NCBI GenBank assembly: GCA_031282405.1
Contig: JAITDU010000032.1
Location: forward strand, 11,154 to 75,153
Source of the DNA: Coriobacteriales bacterium
GTDB taxonomy: Bacteria > Actinomycetota > Coriobacteriia > Coriobacteriales > UBA8131
Length of the DNA: 64,000 nucleotides
Reading direction: 5' to 3'
The notes beneath the pieces are model-generated. The model was given only the letters and a program-made list of their open reading frames with translations. It searched no databases and was not told the origin of the DNA. This document shows positions 9,268 through 20,450 of this stretch, piece after piece. Position 1 is the first letter of the stretch. Each line of letters starts with the position of its first letter. The position numbers were made by a program, and so were the translations under genes.

Positions 9268-10602
9268 TTGGAAACCAAGAGTAAAGCTTTGGAGGCACAT
9301 AAGGTCGAGCTCGTCGTTATGTTAGATGTGGCCGAGGTGAACCGGGAAGTGGACCTGGCCTATAAGGCTGCCGGCAAAAGCCGTATTCCCGGGTTTCGAC
9401 CGGGCAAGGCTCCGCGCAGTGTTCTGGAGAATCATTTTGGCGGCAAAGATTACTTTTTAGCCCAGGCAACCGACGAATTGGTACGCAACAGCGCCCCTCT
9501 GGCCGTCGATGTCGAGGGTCTGGTCGCTTTGAGCAGCCCGGAATTTGGCGATTTTGATCTGGCGCAGGAAGGCCAGCCTTTTGAATATACGTTTACGCTG
9601 GAGATAACACCACAGTTGGAGCTGTCTTCCTATGATCCCATCCAGATTGAGCTGCCTTCGGCCGAACCTACCGATGACGAAGTACAAGAACGTCTGGACT
9701 CCCTGCTGGAGTATTATGTCGTCGAAGATGAGGACGGCAACCGCAGCTTACCTGAACTTACCGATGCCTGGGTTAAACAAACACTGGAATTTGACAATGT
9801 AGAGGAATTCAAATCACGGCTTGTCGAGTCAATCCGCGAACAAAAATCTGAGGATTTACCAGCGTTGCGCGAGTTGCGCAGTTCTCAGGCAATTGCCAAG
9901 CGCTTAGTGGGCGCGCCTCCCGAGTCGATGATCAAGCAGACAGAGCAGGATAACTATAAAGATTTGTTCCAGTCGCTGCAAAACCAACGGGTCACGCTCG
10001 ACAATTATCTTGCGGCCAGCGGCCTGAGCCCGGAGTCCTTTCGCGAGAGTATGCATGAACAGGCCCGGCAAAGTGCCGCCATGGCCCTGGCGCTTGATGC
10101 CTTGGGTAGACATTTGGGACTGAGCGCATCTGATGATGAGATACATGAGGAATTCGTCAGGAGCGGTGCTAAGGATCCCGATGCTTTGTTGGAACGGTGG
10201 CGCGCCAATGGCCGTCTGTCCGAGATAAGACAGGGCCTGATTCGTATCAAGGCCGCCAAACATGCCTATGACACAGCCGAGGTTTTTGAGCCTGGCAGCC
10301 TTGAGACGACCGACGAGGTGGCCAAGGATACTCCTGTAGACGCGTCAACAAACGTGCTCAGAACCAGACCCAAGGCATCAGATGCGGCCAAGAAGGCCAA
10401 GCCGTCCGCCCGAGCCAAGGTGTCAGGCAGGTCTAAAGCCAAGGATACTCCCAAAGCAGACGCCAGGGACACAACGGGCGAACAGAGCGCCTCTACTAAA
10501 AAAGTCGCAACCAAAGCCAAGGCACCCACTGTGAGAAAGTCTAAGCCAAAGGCGCCTGATCCAGACAAAACCAAACCTGCGACTAAGACCGTGAACCAAT
10601 GA
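9268..10602 (+). CDS. tig: Trigger factor (appears to lack the central FKBP PPIase domain; Lys/Ala/Pro-rich C-terminal tail)
   Basis: 444-aa ORF. Ribosome-binding signature [13 protein letters not shown] near the N-terminus. The C-terminal arm domain is recognisable. It sits immediately upstream of clpP-clpX, as in many bacteria. TTG start. Confidence 0.85.
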   Translation: METKSKALEAHKVELVVMLDVAEVNREVDLAYKAAGKSRIPGFRPGKAPRSVLENHFGGKDYFLAQATDELVRNSAPLAVDVEGLVALSSPEFGDFDLAQEGQPFEYTFTLEITPQLELSSYDPIQIELPSAEPTDDEVQERLDSLLEYYVVEDEDGNRSLPELTDAWVKQTLEFDNVEEFKSRLVESIREQKSEDLPALRELRSSQAIAKRLVGAPPESMIKQTEQDNYKDLFQSLQNQRVTLDNYLAASGLSPESFRESMHEQARQSAAMALALDALGRHLGLSASDDEIHEEFVRSGAKDPDALLERWRANGRLSEIRQGLIRIKAAKHAYDTAEVFEPGSLETTDEVAKDTPVDASTNVLRTRPKASDAAKKAKPSARAKVSGRSKAKDTPKADARDTTGEQSASTKKVATKAKAPTVRKSKPKAPDPDKTKPATKTVNQ

Positions 10603-10621
10603 CCAACGAGAGGAAGACAGC

Positions 10622-11239
10622 ATGAGCTACGAGAAAGAGCGCGCGGCACTTATCCCCTATGTTATTGAGCAATCCCCGCGTGGCGAGCGCAGTTATGACA
10701 TCTACAGCCGACTGCTTAACGACCGTATCGTTTTTTTGGGTGAACAGATAGATGACCATGTGGCTAACACGGTAGTGGCCCAACTGCTGCACCTGGAAAG
10801 TGACGATCCGGAAAAGGATATCTCGCTGTATATCAACTCGCCGGGTGGTGTGATAACTTCCGGTTTGGCTATTTACGATACCATGCAGTTCATCAGATGC
10901 GATGTCTCCACGATTTGTCTGGGCATGGCGGCCTCAATGGCAGCCGTGTTGCTCAGTGCTGGTGCCAAGGGCAAACGCTATGTGCTTCCCAATTCGCGTG
11001 TGATGATTCATCAACCTCATGGAGGTGCCCAAGGCCAGCAAACCGAAATAGAAATAGCTGCCCGCGAGATACTCTATACGCGCGAGCGCTTGAACGAGAT
11101 ACTCGCCAAACACACGGGTCAACCTCTGGAGCGCATCCATGAGGACACGGAACGCGACAACTTCATGAACGCCGATCAAGCCTTGGAATACGGACTTGTT
11201 GACGAAATATTTGTCAAGCGTAGCGAGAAGAAGGAATAG
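10622..11239 (+). CDS. clpP: ATP-dependent Clp protease proteolytic subunit
   Basis: 205-aa ORF with [31 protein letters not shown] and MIHQPHGG motifs. Confidence 0.95.
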   Translation: MSYEKERAALIPYVIEQSPRGERSYDIYSRLLNDRIVFLGEQIDDHVANTVVAQLLHLESDDPEKDISLYINSPGGVITSGLAIYDTMQFIRCDVSTICLGMAASMAAVLLSAGAKGKRYVLPNSRVMIHQPHGGAQGQQTEIEIAAREILYTRERLNEILAKHTGQPLERIHEDTERDNFMNADQALEYGLVDEIFVKRSEKKE

Positions 11240-11418
11240 TCCGGCAGGCGGAAAAGACCAAATATCTACCCAACTGTGACACTATAGCTGCGGTATACCA
11301 AGCTGGAAGCTAAAGGGCATATCCGCTGCCGGTACATCAAGGTGTCATAGCGACAAAGGTAGAATAATGGTCGAGACAGGGCAATAGTTAGACAAAGACA
11401 GCAGAGGTGGTTGAGGAA

Positions 11419-12732
11419 ATGAGTAGTGATCTGATCGGTTTTAGTCATGGCGGTGGTGATTTTGGCGAGTTGCATTGCAGTTTCTGTGGTAAAACTCAGG
11501 ACATGGTGCGCAAATTGATAGCCGGTCCCAGTGTCTTTATCTGCGATGAGTGCGTCAGGCTTTGCGAGGACATCATCCAACTTGACATGAGCATAGACGA
11601 GGTCGCCGGCGAAAGTGATCCGGATGATCATCCCGCTTTGGATGACCTTCCCACTCCGGAGCAGATACACGCTCAACTCTCCAGCTATGTCATCGGCCAG
11701 GAACAGGCAAAAAAAGCCCTGAGCGTTGCCGTTTATAACCACTATAAGCGTGTCGCCTTAGGTGAGGACAGCAAAGACGCCGAGGTCGAATTGGCCAAGA
11801 GTAACATCATGCTTATCGGTCCGACCGGCTGTGGCAAGACGTTGTTAGCCCAAACCCTGGCCCGCATACTGCAGGTGCCCTTTGCCATCGCCGATGCCAC
11901 AGCTCTTACCGAGGCCGGCTATGTTGGCGAGGATGTCGAAAATATCCTGCTCAAATTGATAACCGCTGCTGACTTCGACATTGAGCGAGCACAGGTGGGT
12001 ATCATCTATGTGGACGAGATCGACAAGATCGCCCGCAAGGCAGAAAATCTGTCCATCACGCGCGATGTCTCCGGCGAGGGAGTGCAACAGGCCCTGCTCA
12101 AGATCATCGAGGGTACCGAGGCTTCCGTGCCGCCCCAAGGTGGCCGCAAGCATCCCCAGCAGGAATTGTTGAAGATTGACACCACGAACATCCTGTTTAT
12201 TTTGGGTGGCGCTTTTGTTGGCCTGGATAAGATAGTCGCCGACCGCATCGGTCGTAAGGGTGTCGGTTTTGCTGCTGAGGTCAAACAGCGGCATCGCAAA
12301 CAGGATTCCGAAGTCCTGACGCACACCTTGCCCGAGGATCTGAACAGCTTTGGCATGATACCGGAATTTGTGGGCAGGATACCGGTGGTCTGTACCGTAG
12401 CCGAGCTGGACACCGCCGATTTGGTGCGCGTACTGACCGAGCCAAAAAACGCGCTGGTCAAACAATACATCAGAATGTTCTCCTTTGAGGATGTGCAGCT
12501 GACATTTTTGGATAATGCTCTTGAGGCGATTGCCGCCGAAGCCGTAGAACATGGTATCGGTGCTCGTGGCCTCAGGTCCATCTGTGAGCGAGTACTCATG
12601 GATATCATGTACGAGTTGCCCAGTAATGACACAATAGCCGAAGTGGTCGTTACTGCCGAGGCGGTACGCGGAGAGAAAAAACCCACAATCGTGCTGCATG
12701 GTTCTAAGACCAAAAGGAAAGCCAGTGCCTGA
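11419..12732 (+). CDS. clpX: ATP-dependent Clp protease ATP-binding subunit ClpX
   Basis: N-terminal zinc-binding CSFCGK...CDEC, Walker A GPTGCGKT, and IYVDEIDK. The ORF opens at GTG 11407. ATG 11419 gives an N-terminus of homologous length. Confidence 0.95.
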   Translation: MSSDLIGFSHGGGDFGELHCSFCGKTQDMVRKLIAGPSVFICDECVRLCEDIIQLDMSIDEVAGESDPDDHPALDDLPTPEQIHAQLSSYVIGQEQAKKALSVAVYNHYKRVALGEDSKDAEVELAKSNIMLIGPTGCGKTLLAQTLARILQVPFAIADATALTEAGYVGEDVENILLKLITAADFDIERAQVGIIYVDEIDKIARKAENLSITRDVSGEGVQQALLKIIEGTEASVPPQGGRKHPQQELLKIDTTNILFILGGAFVGLDKIVADRIGRKGVGFAAEVKQRHRKQDSEVLTHTLPEDLNSFGMIPEFVGRIPVVCTVAELDTADLVRVLTEPKNALVKQYIRMFSFEDVQLTFLDNALEAIAAEAVEHGIGARGLRSICERVLMDIMYELPSNDTIAEVVVTAEAVRGEKKPTIVLHGSKTKRKASA

Positions 12733-15472
12733 GAATCAAACAACAGAGTCTGAAAACCAAACAGTTAGCAAAAAATTGCCCGAATTGCCCCCGACGTATA
12801 ACCCTAAAGATATCGAGTCCAGGTGGTTTTCTGTCTGGCAACAACAGGGCTATTTCAGCCGCGACGCTGGCGGTTTTGCCAATAATGACAAGCCACCTTA
12901 CACGGTCGTCATCCCACCGCCAAATGTTACCGGTGTTTTACATATGGGCCACGCTTTGAACAATACCCTACAGGATATCCTGGTACGTAAGGCCCGGATG
13001 CAGGGTCGGCCCACGCGGTGGATACTTGGCACCGACCACGCCGGGATCGCTACCCAAAATCGAGTAGAGCAAAAATTGGCGGCTGAAGGACTGAGCCGCT
13101 TTGATCTGGGCAGAGACGCTTTTATCGAGGCCTGCTGGCAGTGGCGAGAGGAGTACGGCTCGACGATCATCGAACAACTTAAAGCCGTGGGCTGTTCGTG
13201 TGACTATGCCGATGAGCGTTTTACGATGGACACAGCCTATGCTCAGGCTGTACGCAAGGTGTTCGTTAATTGGTATGTTAACGGCTTGATTTATCGGGGG
13301 AATCGAATCATAAACTGGTGTCCGCGCTGTACGACTGCCTTAGCTGATGACGAGGTCGTCCATCATGAGGAGGCAGGAAAGCTCTGGCATCTGCGCTATC
13401 CATTAGACAAACCGGTTGATGGCGTTGAATATCTGGTTGTAGCTACCACGCGCCCGGAAACCATGTTGGGTGATACAGCTGTTGCTGTCAATCCAAACGA
13501 TCAGCGTTATCAAGCCTTGGTCGCGACAAAGGCACAGGTGCGTCTGCCACTCACCGATCGGGTGATTCCGATCATTGCCGACGACTATGTTGATCCCGCT
13601 TTTGGCACCGGGGCGCTTAAGGTCACTCCGGCGCATGATCCCAACGATTTTGAACTGGGAAAGCGCCATGGTTTGGAGCAAATCAACATCTTTGACGAGC
13701 GGGCTTATGTCAACGCCGCAGGCGGCGACTTCTCTGGCCTGAGTCGCGAACAGGCCAGAGAAGCAGTGGTAAAGGCCTTAGAAGATCAAGACCTCCTGGA
13801 ACAGATTACCGAGCATCAACATACCGTGGGTCATTGCTATCGTTGTGACACGACGATCGAGCCCTGGTTGTCTGAACAGTGGTTTGTAGCCATGCAGAAG
13901 CTGGCCGCGCCGGCGATTGCTGCTGCTCGAGAAGGTCGCCTGCGCTTTTATCCCCAACGTTGGCAAAATGTGTATTTGAACTGGCTGGAGAATATCCACG
14001 ACTGGTGTATATCCCGACAGTTGTGGTGGGGTCATAGGATACCGGTATTTTATTGCGATACCTGCGGTTGGTCTGATGCCCTGGCAGAAGATCAGACCAG
14101 ATGTCCTATCTGCGGCGCTCAGTTGCGCCAGGACGACGATGTCCTAGACACCTGGTTCTCGTCACAACTCTGGCCATTTGCTACCTATGGATGGCCGTCG
14201 CAACCCGATTCCAAACAGCAGTTAGCAGCCTATTATCCCACTCAGGTACTGTCCACCGCCCGCGACATCATCTTTTTGTGGGTGGCACGGATGGTAATTT
14301 CGTCGTTGTATTTCATGGAAGGACAATTGCCGTTTGGCGACGTTCTGGTTCACCCCACCGTGTTGGATGCTGAGGGCAATATTATGTCCAAATCGCGCGG
14401 AAACGGCGTTGATCCCATGGAGCTTATCGACTCTTATGGTGCGGATGGCATGCGCTTTGGCCTGGCGTTACAGGTGACCGGCACCCAGGATTTGCGCTTC
14501 AACCCTGATAATCTTCTCAAATATCGCCACTTTGCCAATAAGATATGGAATGCCACCCGTTATGTGCTCTTGAATATAGCTGATTTAGATTTGGGTGATG
14601 AAGCCGTCAGGCCGATGCCGACGACCGATGCCGACCGATGGATACTGTCGCGCTTGGCGCGTCTTTGCCTTTATCTTGACGACGAAGCCCATACCTATGA
14701 CTTTGGTGCCAGCGCCCGAGCCCTGCACGAGTTTTTCTGGAATGAGTTTTGCGACTGGTATATCGAGCTTGCCAAAAGCCAGACAGCACGAAAGCCCCTA
14801 CGTGCTTCTACGGCTTCTAACTTGGTATATGTATTGGAAGTAGCCTTAAGACTGCTCCATCCGTATATGCCACATCTCACCGAGGAATTATGGCAGGCGC
14901 TGCCACATGGCGTTGGTGTACCGCACCTGATAGTGGCACCGTGGCCGGACAGCCTGGGTTTGACTCGCTTTATCGATGAGGCAGCCGAGCAGCATATCGA
15001 CCGGCTGCGGGCCATCGTTTCTGCTGTGCGCTCTACCCGCGCTCGCTACGGTATCTCGCCCAAGCAAGGTTTGCGCGTGGCTGTAAACGTGGCCGGTGGC
15101 GATGAGGAAGCTAAAATCAAGGCAGCGGCTCTGAATCAACAGGCAGACCTGATACGCAGTCTGGCGCGCTTAGATGCCCTGGCTATCAGCAGTGGCCTTA
15201 GGCGGCCGGAGCAGGCCGCGCTAAGCGTTGTGGACGACCTGGAGATATTTGTCGAGTTGGTAGGCATCGTTGATGTTAAAGCCGAGTTGGCTCGTTTGAA
15301 AAAGGAGCAGACAAAACTTACCGGTGATTTGGCTCAGCTTACGAAAAAACTCGATAATCACGGCTTTATCGCCAAGGCCGATCCCTCTATTATCGAAAAG
15401 ACTCGGGAAGATGCTGCCGGACTTACCTCGGCCCTAGAGCGCCTTCACGCGCAGATTGAAGCCCTGCGATGA
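12698..15472 (+). CDS. valS: Valine--tRNA ligase
   Basis: 924-aa ORF with [14 protein letters not shown] (HIGH-type) and IMSKSRGN (KMSKS) motifs plus a C-terminal coiled coil. The start overlaps the end of clpX: ATG 12698 or GTG 12725. Confidence 0.95.
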   Translation: MVLRPKGKPVPENQTTESENQTVSKKLPELPPTYNPKDIESRWFSVWQQQGYFSRDAGGFANNDKPPYTVVIPPPNVTGVLHMGHALNNTLQDILVRKARMQGRPTRWILGTDHAGIATQNRVEQKLAAEGLSRFDLGRDAFIEACWQWREEYGSTIIEQLKAVGCSCDYADERFTMDTAYAQAVRKVFVNWYVNGLIYRGNRIINWCPRCTTALADDEVVHHEEAGKLWHLRYPLDKPVDGVEYLVVATTRPETMLGDTAVAVNPNDQRYQALVATKAQVRLPLTDRVIPIIADDYVDPAFGTGALKVTPAHDPNDFELGKRHGLEQINIFDERAYVNAAGGDFSGLSREQAREAVVKALEDQDLLEQITEHQHTVGHCYRCDTTIEPWLSEQWFVAMQKLAAPAIAAAREGRLRFYPQRWQNVYLNWLENIHDWCISRQLWWGHRIPVFYCDTCGWSDALAEDQTRCPICGAQLRQDDDVLDTWFSSQLWPFATYGWPSQPDSKQQLAAYYPTQVLSTARDIIFLWVARMVISSLYFMEGQLPFGDVLVHPTVLDAEGNIMSKSRGNGVDPMELIDSYGADGMRFGLALQVTGTQDLRFNPDNLLKYRHFANKIWNATRYVLLNIADLDLGDEAVRPMPTTDADRWILSRLARLCLYLDDEAHTYDFGASARALHEFFWNEFCDWYIELAKSQTARKPLRASTASNLVYVLEVALRLLHPYMPHLTEELWQALPHGVGVPHLIVAPWPDSLGLTRFIDEAAEQHIDRLRAIVSAVRSTRARYGISPKQGLRVAVNVAGGDEEAKIKAAALNQQADLIRSLARLDALAISSGLRRPEQAALSVVDDLEIFVELVGIVDVKAELARLKKEQTKLTGDLAQLTKKLDNHGFIAKADPSIIEKTREDAAGLTSALERLHAQIEALR

Positions 15473-15632
15473 CCTCTGCGTGGTGGGGAATATGGTCGCA
15501 CGGGGTAGTGTCAGGCAGTTTGGCCCGGCTGTTGCCGGGCGTTGCCGAGGCTTTCTCCGCCTTATCCTATCCCAGCTTGTGTTGTGTAATGGGGCGCTTT
15601 TGCTCACTGATGAGCAGGTAACTCCAGGCGCT

Positions 15633-16913
15633 ATGCCCACTCGTGCTCAGCGTATCATCGAACAGGCTCGCGCGTTGGGGATAAACCCCACGCTGGAGAA
15701 CTTTAAGCGCTTCTGTGACGGCATTGACTCACCTCAGGAGCGCTACAGCTGTGTACAGGTGGGCGGCACCAACGGCAAGAGTTCTACCGCGCGCTATCTC
15801 GCAGCGATACTCCAGCAGCATGGCCTGGGCGTGGGGCTTTATACTTCGCCGGAGTTAGTGCGACTCAACGAGCGTATCGAAATTCGCGGCCAGGTGATTA
15901 CCGACGATGATCTGGAGCGTTCACTTTCTACGCTTGCTTCCCAAGCTAAAAAATGGGATATACAACTCAGCGAGTTTGAACTCTTTAGCGCCGTTGCGCT
16001 CACGGAGTTTGCTGTCCACGCGGTAGATTATGCAGTGTTGGAGGTTGGCCTTGGGGGCCGCTGGGATGCCACAAGTGTTGTTTTGCCCCGTCTGGCGATA
16101 CTTACGGGTGTTGATTTCGACCACACTCAGATACTGGGGTCAACCATCAAAGAAATAGCACGCGACAAGGCAGCGATTATCAAACCCGGTACCACGGTAG
16201 TTCTGGCAGATACGAGACCAGAAGCCCTGGATATATTCCAGGACCGCGCGCGCGCGGTCGGCGCTACGGTTGTCTTGGCTACAGAAGAACTCGGTAATGT
16301 GGCGCTGCCATCGCCTGCGCGATTGTTTGCCTCCTATCAGCGAGCCAATCAGTCCACGGCTCTGACTGCGGCCCGTGCGCTGCTGAAAAGCGACTTCGTG
16401 TTGGACGTGGCTCAAAACGCTCTGAGAGATACCGTTATTCCGGGGCGCTTTGAGACAGTCTGTGAGCAACCACTGGTAATAATTGACGCAGCTCACAACC
16501 CACAGGCTCTGGCCGTGTTGATGACCGCTTTGGTCGATGCTGGCCTGCTGCCACCCTTTTCAGCCTCCGACGCTTCTTTTCGCACACCCCCCATCCTTTT
16601 GTTAGCCTTACTGGCAGACAAAGACGCCGAGGCCATCCTCGCTGCTTTGGAACCCTATGAAATTGAGGTAGCAGTGACCCAGACCGCCAGTCCTCGAGCT
16701 TTGGGCGCGGACGCACTTGCCAGCATAGTCGCATCCCGTTTGGGATATGCTCCTTTGACCTTTGCTACCAGTGCCGAGGCTCTCGATGCGCTCATACCGC
16801 ACGGGCGTCCGATAATCGCCTGCGGCTCAATTACCCTGGCGGGCGAAGTCAAACGACGATTCGCTCCCGCGCGACATTCTGATAAAATGAGCCAGACAGA
16901 CAACAACCGATAA
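15633..16913 (+). CDS. folC: Bifunctional folylpolyglutamate synthase/dihydrofolate synthase
   Basis: Mur-ligase-type P-loop VGGTNGKSST and the HIAGTKGK-like region. The ORF opens at 15456, but ATG 15633 gives a homolog-like N-terminus (MPTRAQRIIEQ...). Confidence 0.85.
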   Translation: MPTRAQRIIEQARALGINPTLENFKRFCDGIDSPQERYSCVQVGGTNGKSSTARYLAAILQQHGLGVGLYTSPELVRLNERIEIRGQVITDDDLERSLSTLASQAKKWDIQLSEFELFSAVALTEFAVHAVDYAVLEVGLGGRWDATSVVLPRLAILTGVDFDHTQILGSTIKEIARDKAAIIKPGTTVVLADTRPEALDIFQDRARAVGATVVLATEELGNVALPSPARLFASYQRANQSTALTAARALLKSDFVLDVAQNALRDTVIPGRFETVCEQPLVIIDAAHNPQALAVLMTALVDAGLLPPFSASDASFRTPPILLLALLADKDAEAILAALEPYEIEVAVTQTASPRALGADALASIVASRLGYAPLTFATSAEALDALIPHGRPIIACGSITLAGEVKRRFAPARHSDKMSQTDNNR

Positions 16914-16936
16914 CAATCGAACAGAAGGATATCCGC

Positions 16937-17368
16937 ATGCAGGATCTGCTCAATTCCATCATCACCCCCGAGGTCAGGTTCGCCATTACACTTATCGTAG
17001 CGCTTATCGGCGTTTTCTATCTCATCTCCATTGTGTGGGTCATCCGTGATGCCTACCTACGTGGGGCCAATCCGATAATCTGGGGTGTCGTAAGTCTCGT
17101 ACCTTTTCTTGGGGCCTTTGCCTATGCCATGATGCGCCCGCCGATGCTGCTCTCAGATAAAGACGAACAGAATCTGGACTTTGCGCTCAAACAACGTCAG
17201 TTGATGAATTACGGCGAGTGCGGCAAATGCGGTTATCCGGTAGAGAGAGAATATCTGATGTGCCCTCGCTGTGGCACCCAGCTTAAGAACGAATGTCGAC
17301 AGTGTGGTCATGCCCTCAATCCTGAATGGTCAGTCTGCCCTTATTGCTGTACACCGGTTGGAAAATAG
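16937..17368 (+). CDS. Small membrane protein with a two-TM N-terminal hairpin (PLDc_N-like) and a C-terminal double zinc ribbon
   Basis: 143-aa ORF with two hydrophobic helices, then CGKCGYP...CPRCG...CRQCGH...CPYC. Confidence 0.6.
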   Translation: MQDLLNSIITPEVRFAITLIVALIGVFYLISIVWVIRDAYLRGANPIIWGVVSLVPFLGAFAYAMMRPPMLLSDKDEQNLDFALKQRQLMNYGECGKCGYPVEREYLMCPRCGTQLKNECRQCGHALNPEWSVCPYCCTPVGK

Positions 17369-19291
17369 ATGTCCATCAGCGTTCATGTGCCCGACGGTTC
17401 TGTTCAGTCACTGCCCGACGGTGCGACCGCCTATGATCTGGCAACAGGTATTGGACCTGGTTTGGCCAAAGCCGCGTTGGCTGCTCGCATTAATGCTGAA
17501 GTGGTGGATCTGAGTACCGAACTCAAAGAGGCCGATGAAGTCGAGATAATTACGCGTACTTCTCCCGAGGCTTTGGATATCCTCAGGCATTCTACTGCCC
17601 ACATCATGGCCGAGGCCATTAAGTCGCTTTATCCCGAGGCGCGTTTTGGTACTGGTCCGGCCATTGAGGATGGATTTTACTATGACATCCAGCTTGACCG
17701 GTCGCTTTCCACCGACGATTTTGCAACCATTGAGGCCAAGATGACTACGATTATCACGTCTGCCAGCGGCTTTGAGCGGCGTGAGGTTTCGCGCGAGGAG
17801 GCCAGACGTCTGTTTGCCGATCAACCCTTGAAACTTGAGTTGATTGACGAATTGCCACCGGGCGAGGTTATCAGTGTATACAGCCAAAACGATTTTATCG
17901 ACCTGTGCAAAGGCCCCCACATTCCTACGACGACAATGATCAAAGCCTTCAAACTTACAAAGTTAGCTGGGGCTTACTGGCGCGGTGACAATACCCGCCC
18001 AATGCTCCAGCGTATCTATGGCACAGCCTGGTTCAAACAACAAGACCTTGAGGACTATCTGACGCGTATTGAGGAGGCCGAAAAGCGCGACCACCGCAAA
18101 CTGGGTCAGAGGCTGGGCATCTACGTGATGGACGAGCAGGCGGGGGTTGGTCTACCGTTGTATCTGCCCAACGGGGCTCGGATTATCCGCATCCTCCAGG
18201 AGTGGCTGCGCCGCGATCTGTATGCCCGTGGTTATGAAGAGGTCATCACCCCTCATATTTATCAGGCCGAGGTCTGGAAGCGAAGCGGCCACTACTATTT
18301 CTACAAAGACAATATGTATTTCTTTGAGGTAGATGAGAGCGAACATGCCAATGGCTCCAAGTTCAACGAATATGGGGTCAAACCGATGAACTGCCCGGGC
18401 CATGTCATGCTCTATGCCAGCCAGCTACGCTCCTATCGCGATCTGCCCCTGCGTTTCTTTGAATTTGGCACCGTCTATCGCCATGAGCTCAGCGGTGTCG
18501 TTCACGGTCTGCTTCGGGCGCGGGGCTTTACCCAAGACGATGCCCATATCTTTTGTCGCCAAGACCAGGTTCTGGATGAGATTGTGGACATACTCAAGCT
18601 CGTTGACCATATCATGAATACGTTTGAATTTTCCTATACTGCCGAGATATCAACACGACCACCCAAATCCATCGGCGATATCGAGAAGTGGGATTTTGCT
18701 ACGACGCAGCTCAAGCTGGCCTGTGAGCGCCACGGCCTCAATTATCAGATCAACGAGGGCGATGGAGCTTTTTATGGACCTAAGATAGATATCAAGGTCA
18801 AGGATGCCATTGGTCGCACCTGGCAATGTTCGACGGTGCAGATTGATTTTAATTTTCCGGAACGTTTTGATCTGAAATACCGCACGGCCGACAACAGTAC
18901 CGAACAGCCCTGGATGCTGCATCGCGCCATCTTTGGCAGCATTGAACGCTTTTTGGCTATTCTCATTGAGCATTATGCCGGCGCGCTGCCTCTGTGGTTA
19001 GCTCCAATCCAGGCCGTGGTCATCCCTATCTCCGATCGCCATCAAGATTATGCCCAAAAAGTGGCTGCTGAGTTAACGGCAGCGGGTGGCCGCGTGGAAC
19101 TGGCAACGCAAAATGAGCCAATGAAGGTTAAGGTAGCGATTGCTCAACAGCGTCAGATACCCTATATGTTGATAGTGGGGGATAAGGAGCAGGCCGACAA
19201 GAGTGTGAGTGTGCGTGAGCGTCGTGCGGGCGATATAGGCAGCCAGCCCCTTGATGAGTTCACGCAGGTAATTGCCGCTGCTCGACTATGA
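17369..19291 (+). CDS. thrS: Threonine--tRNA ligase
   Basis: 640-aa ORF with an N-terminal TGS domain, the editing-domain HSTAH motif, class II core motifs (FRxE-like YRHELSG, GRTWQCSTVQIDF) and an anticodon-binding C-terminus. It starts directly after the preceding stop. Confidence 0.95.
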   Translation: MSISVHVPDGSVQSLPDGATAYDLATGIGPGLAKAALAARINAEVVDLSTELKEADEVEIITRTSPEALDILRHSTAHIMAEAIKSLYPEARFGTGPAIEDGFYYDIQLDRSLSTDDFATIEAKMTTIITSASGFERREVSREEARRLFADQPLKLELIDELPPGEVISVYSQNDFIDLCKGPHIPTTTMIKAFKLTKLAGAYWRGDNTRPMLQRIYGTAWFKQQDLEDYLTRIEEAEKRDHRKLGQRLGIYVMDEQAGVGLPLYLPNGARIIRILQEWLRRDLYARGYEEVITPHIYQAEVWKRSGHYYFYKDNMYFFEVDESEHANGSKFNEYGVKPMNCPGHVMLYASQLRSYRDLPLRFFEFGTVYRHELSGVVHGLLRARGFTQDDAHIFCRQDQVLDEIVDILKLVDHIMNTFEFSYTAEISTRPPKSIGDIEKWDFATTQLKLACERHGLNYQINEGDGAFYGPKIDIKVKDAIGRTWQCSTVQIDFNFPERFDLKYRTADNSTEQPWMLHRAIFGSIERFLAILIEHYAGALPLWLAPIQAVVIPISDRHQDYAQKVAAELTAAGGRVELATQNEPMKVKVAIAQQRQIPYMLIVGDKEQADKSVSVRERRAGDIGSQPLDEFTQVIAAARL

Positions 19292-19463
19292 GCTTACGTC
19301 AGTCAGGTACGGGCTTAAGGCAATCGGGGTGTCACCTTATGCACATCCATAATACACGTGGTAGCTTATACGGGCACTTACACCTCGGCCTTTGGTCGCG
19401 CGTCTGGATTGCCACGCCTTCTACGATGGCCCGCACTGACAGGACGTAATAAACGCTACCTCC

Positions 19464-20450
19464 TTAGACGTCCAGGAAGTCTCGCCAGGAGTCAAACTCG
19501 CGCTCAGACTGGGCCAGGCCCTGCTCGTAGGCTGTGGCCAGTTTTGCTCTGTCTATTGTCGTGTTCTTGAGTTCCATGATCTGAGGATGGTAGACAAGTG
19601 CCCGCCCCTCGCTGGCAAGTGTGTCCAGACGATCGTATATCTCGTTATAGAAGCGATAGCGCTGTTCTGAGCGATAGAGGACATCGGGGTGTTTGCCCAT
19701 TAGCAGCTTGTTTAACCATGGCCGTTTGGACGGGCTTTTTCTAAAACCCTGCGGTTGAGTACAGACCACGAAAAAACGTTCGTAACCATCGCGGATGGCT
19801 GCATCCAACATGATACCCCAGCTATCGCCCAGGCCACCATCCAGATATCTATGGCCGCGAAATGACACAACCGGCATCACCACCGGCATGCTGGACGAGG
19901 CCTGAACCATAGTCATCAGATCCTTCAGGTTTCCTATATCGGCTTTTGTCCATTCGACTGTGCGACCACTGTCTACCTCGTAGCTTTCTATATGCATCTG
20001 GGCGGGGTTGGCCATGAACGTGTCGTAGTCAAACGGCAAAAGTCCGTCGGGTTCTCCAGATTTCTGGTAGATAAGACGCGAGTTAAAATAGCCGTTTCCC
20101 AAGAGCATCTGACCAAGACCGGCAACGTGTTTTTCGCCGATGAATTCCACAAACGAACGACGAGCACGTTGAGAGTCGCGGGAGATGTAATTGACTACAT
20201 TCGTACTGCCCGCCGATATGCCATAAACATCAGCAAAATAGACGTTGTTCTTCAACAGTGTGTTCAAGACAGCGGCGGTATGCGCCGCCCGCATGCCCCC
20301 ACCTTCAAAAATCAGCGCCACATCGCGGACATTGATCGACAAACAACCCTTCATATCGTTAGGGCTGAAACCGCCGGTTGATACGTCATATCTGTCGCTG
20401 ATAGATGACGCACCTGAATCGGTTGAGGGGATTAGGAACCTATTGTTCAA
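19464..20450 (-). CDS. Patatin-like phospholipase family protein
   Basis: 328-aa ORF with the oxyanion GGGMRAAH, the nucleophile elbow GISAGS (GxSxG) and the catalytic DGG (YLDGGLGDS). Confidence 0.85.
   Translation of the reverse strand: MNNRFLIPSTDSGASSISDRYDVSTGGFSPNDMKGCLSINVRDVALIFEGGGMRAAHTAAVLNTLLKNNVYFADVYGISAGSTNVVNYISRDSQRARRSFVEFIGEKHVAGLGQMLLGNGYFNSRLIYQKSGEPDGLLPFDYDTFMANPAQMHIESYEVDSGRTVEWTKADIGNLKDLMTMVQASSSMPVVMPVVSFRGHRYLDGGLGDSWGIMLDAAIRDGYERFFVVCTQPQGFRKSPSKRPWLNKLLMGKHPDVLYRSEQRYRFYNEIYDRLDTLASEGRALVYHPQIMELKNTTIDRAKLATAYEQGLAQSEREFDSWRDFLDV

Noticed and set aside
11845-12743. Long minus-strand ORFs (284 aa and 245 aa) antisense to clpX
   Set aside because: They lie entirely inside a confidently identified gene on the other strand, and their low-complexity Ala/Ser/Arg-rich products carry no motif. 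This is typical of shadow ORFs in GC-rich coding DNA.
19464-20450. The patatin-like lipase as a CBASS (CapV-type) defence effector
   Set aside because: No CD-NTase, cyclase, SAVED/STING domain or other defence gene is adjacent. The neighbours are xth and thrS, which are housekeeping genes.
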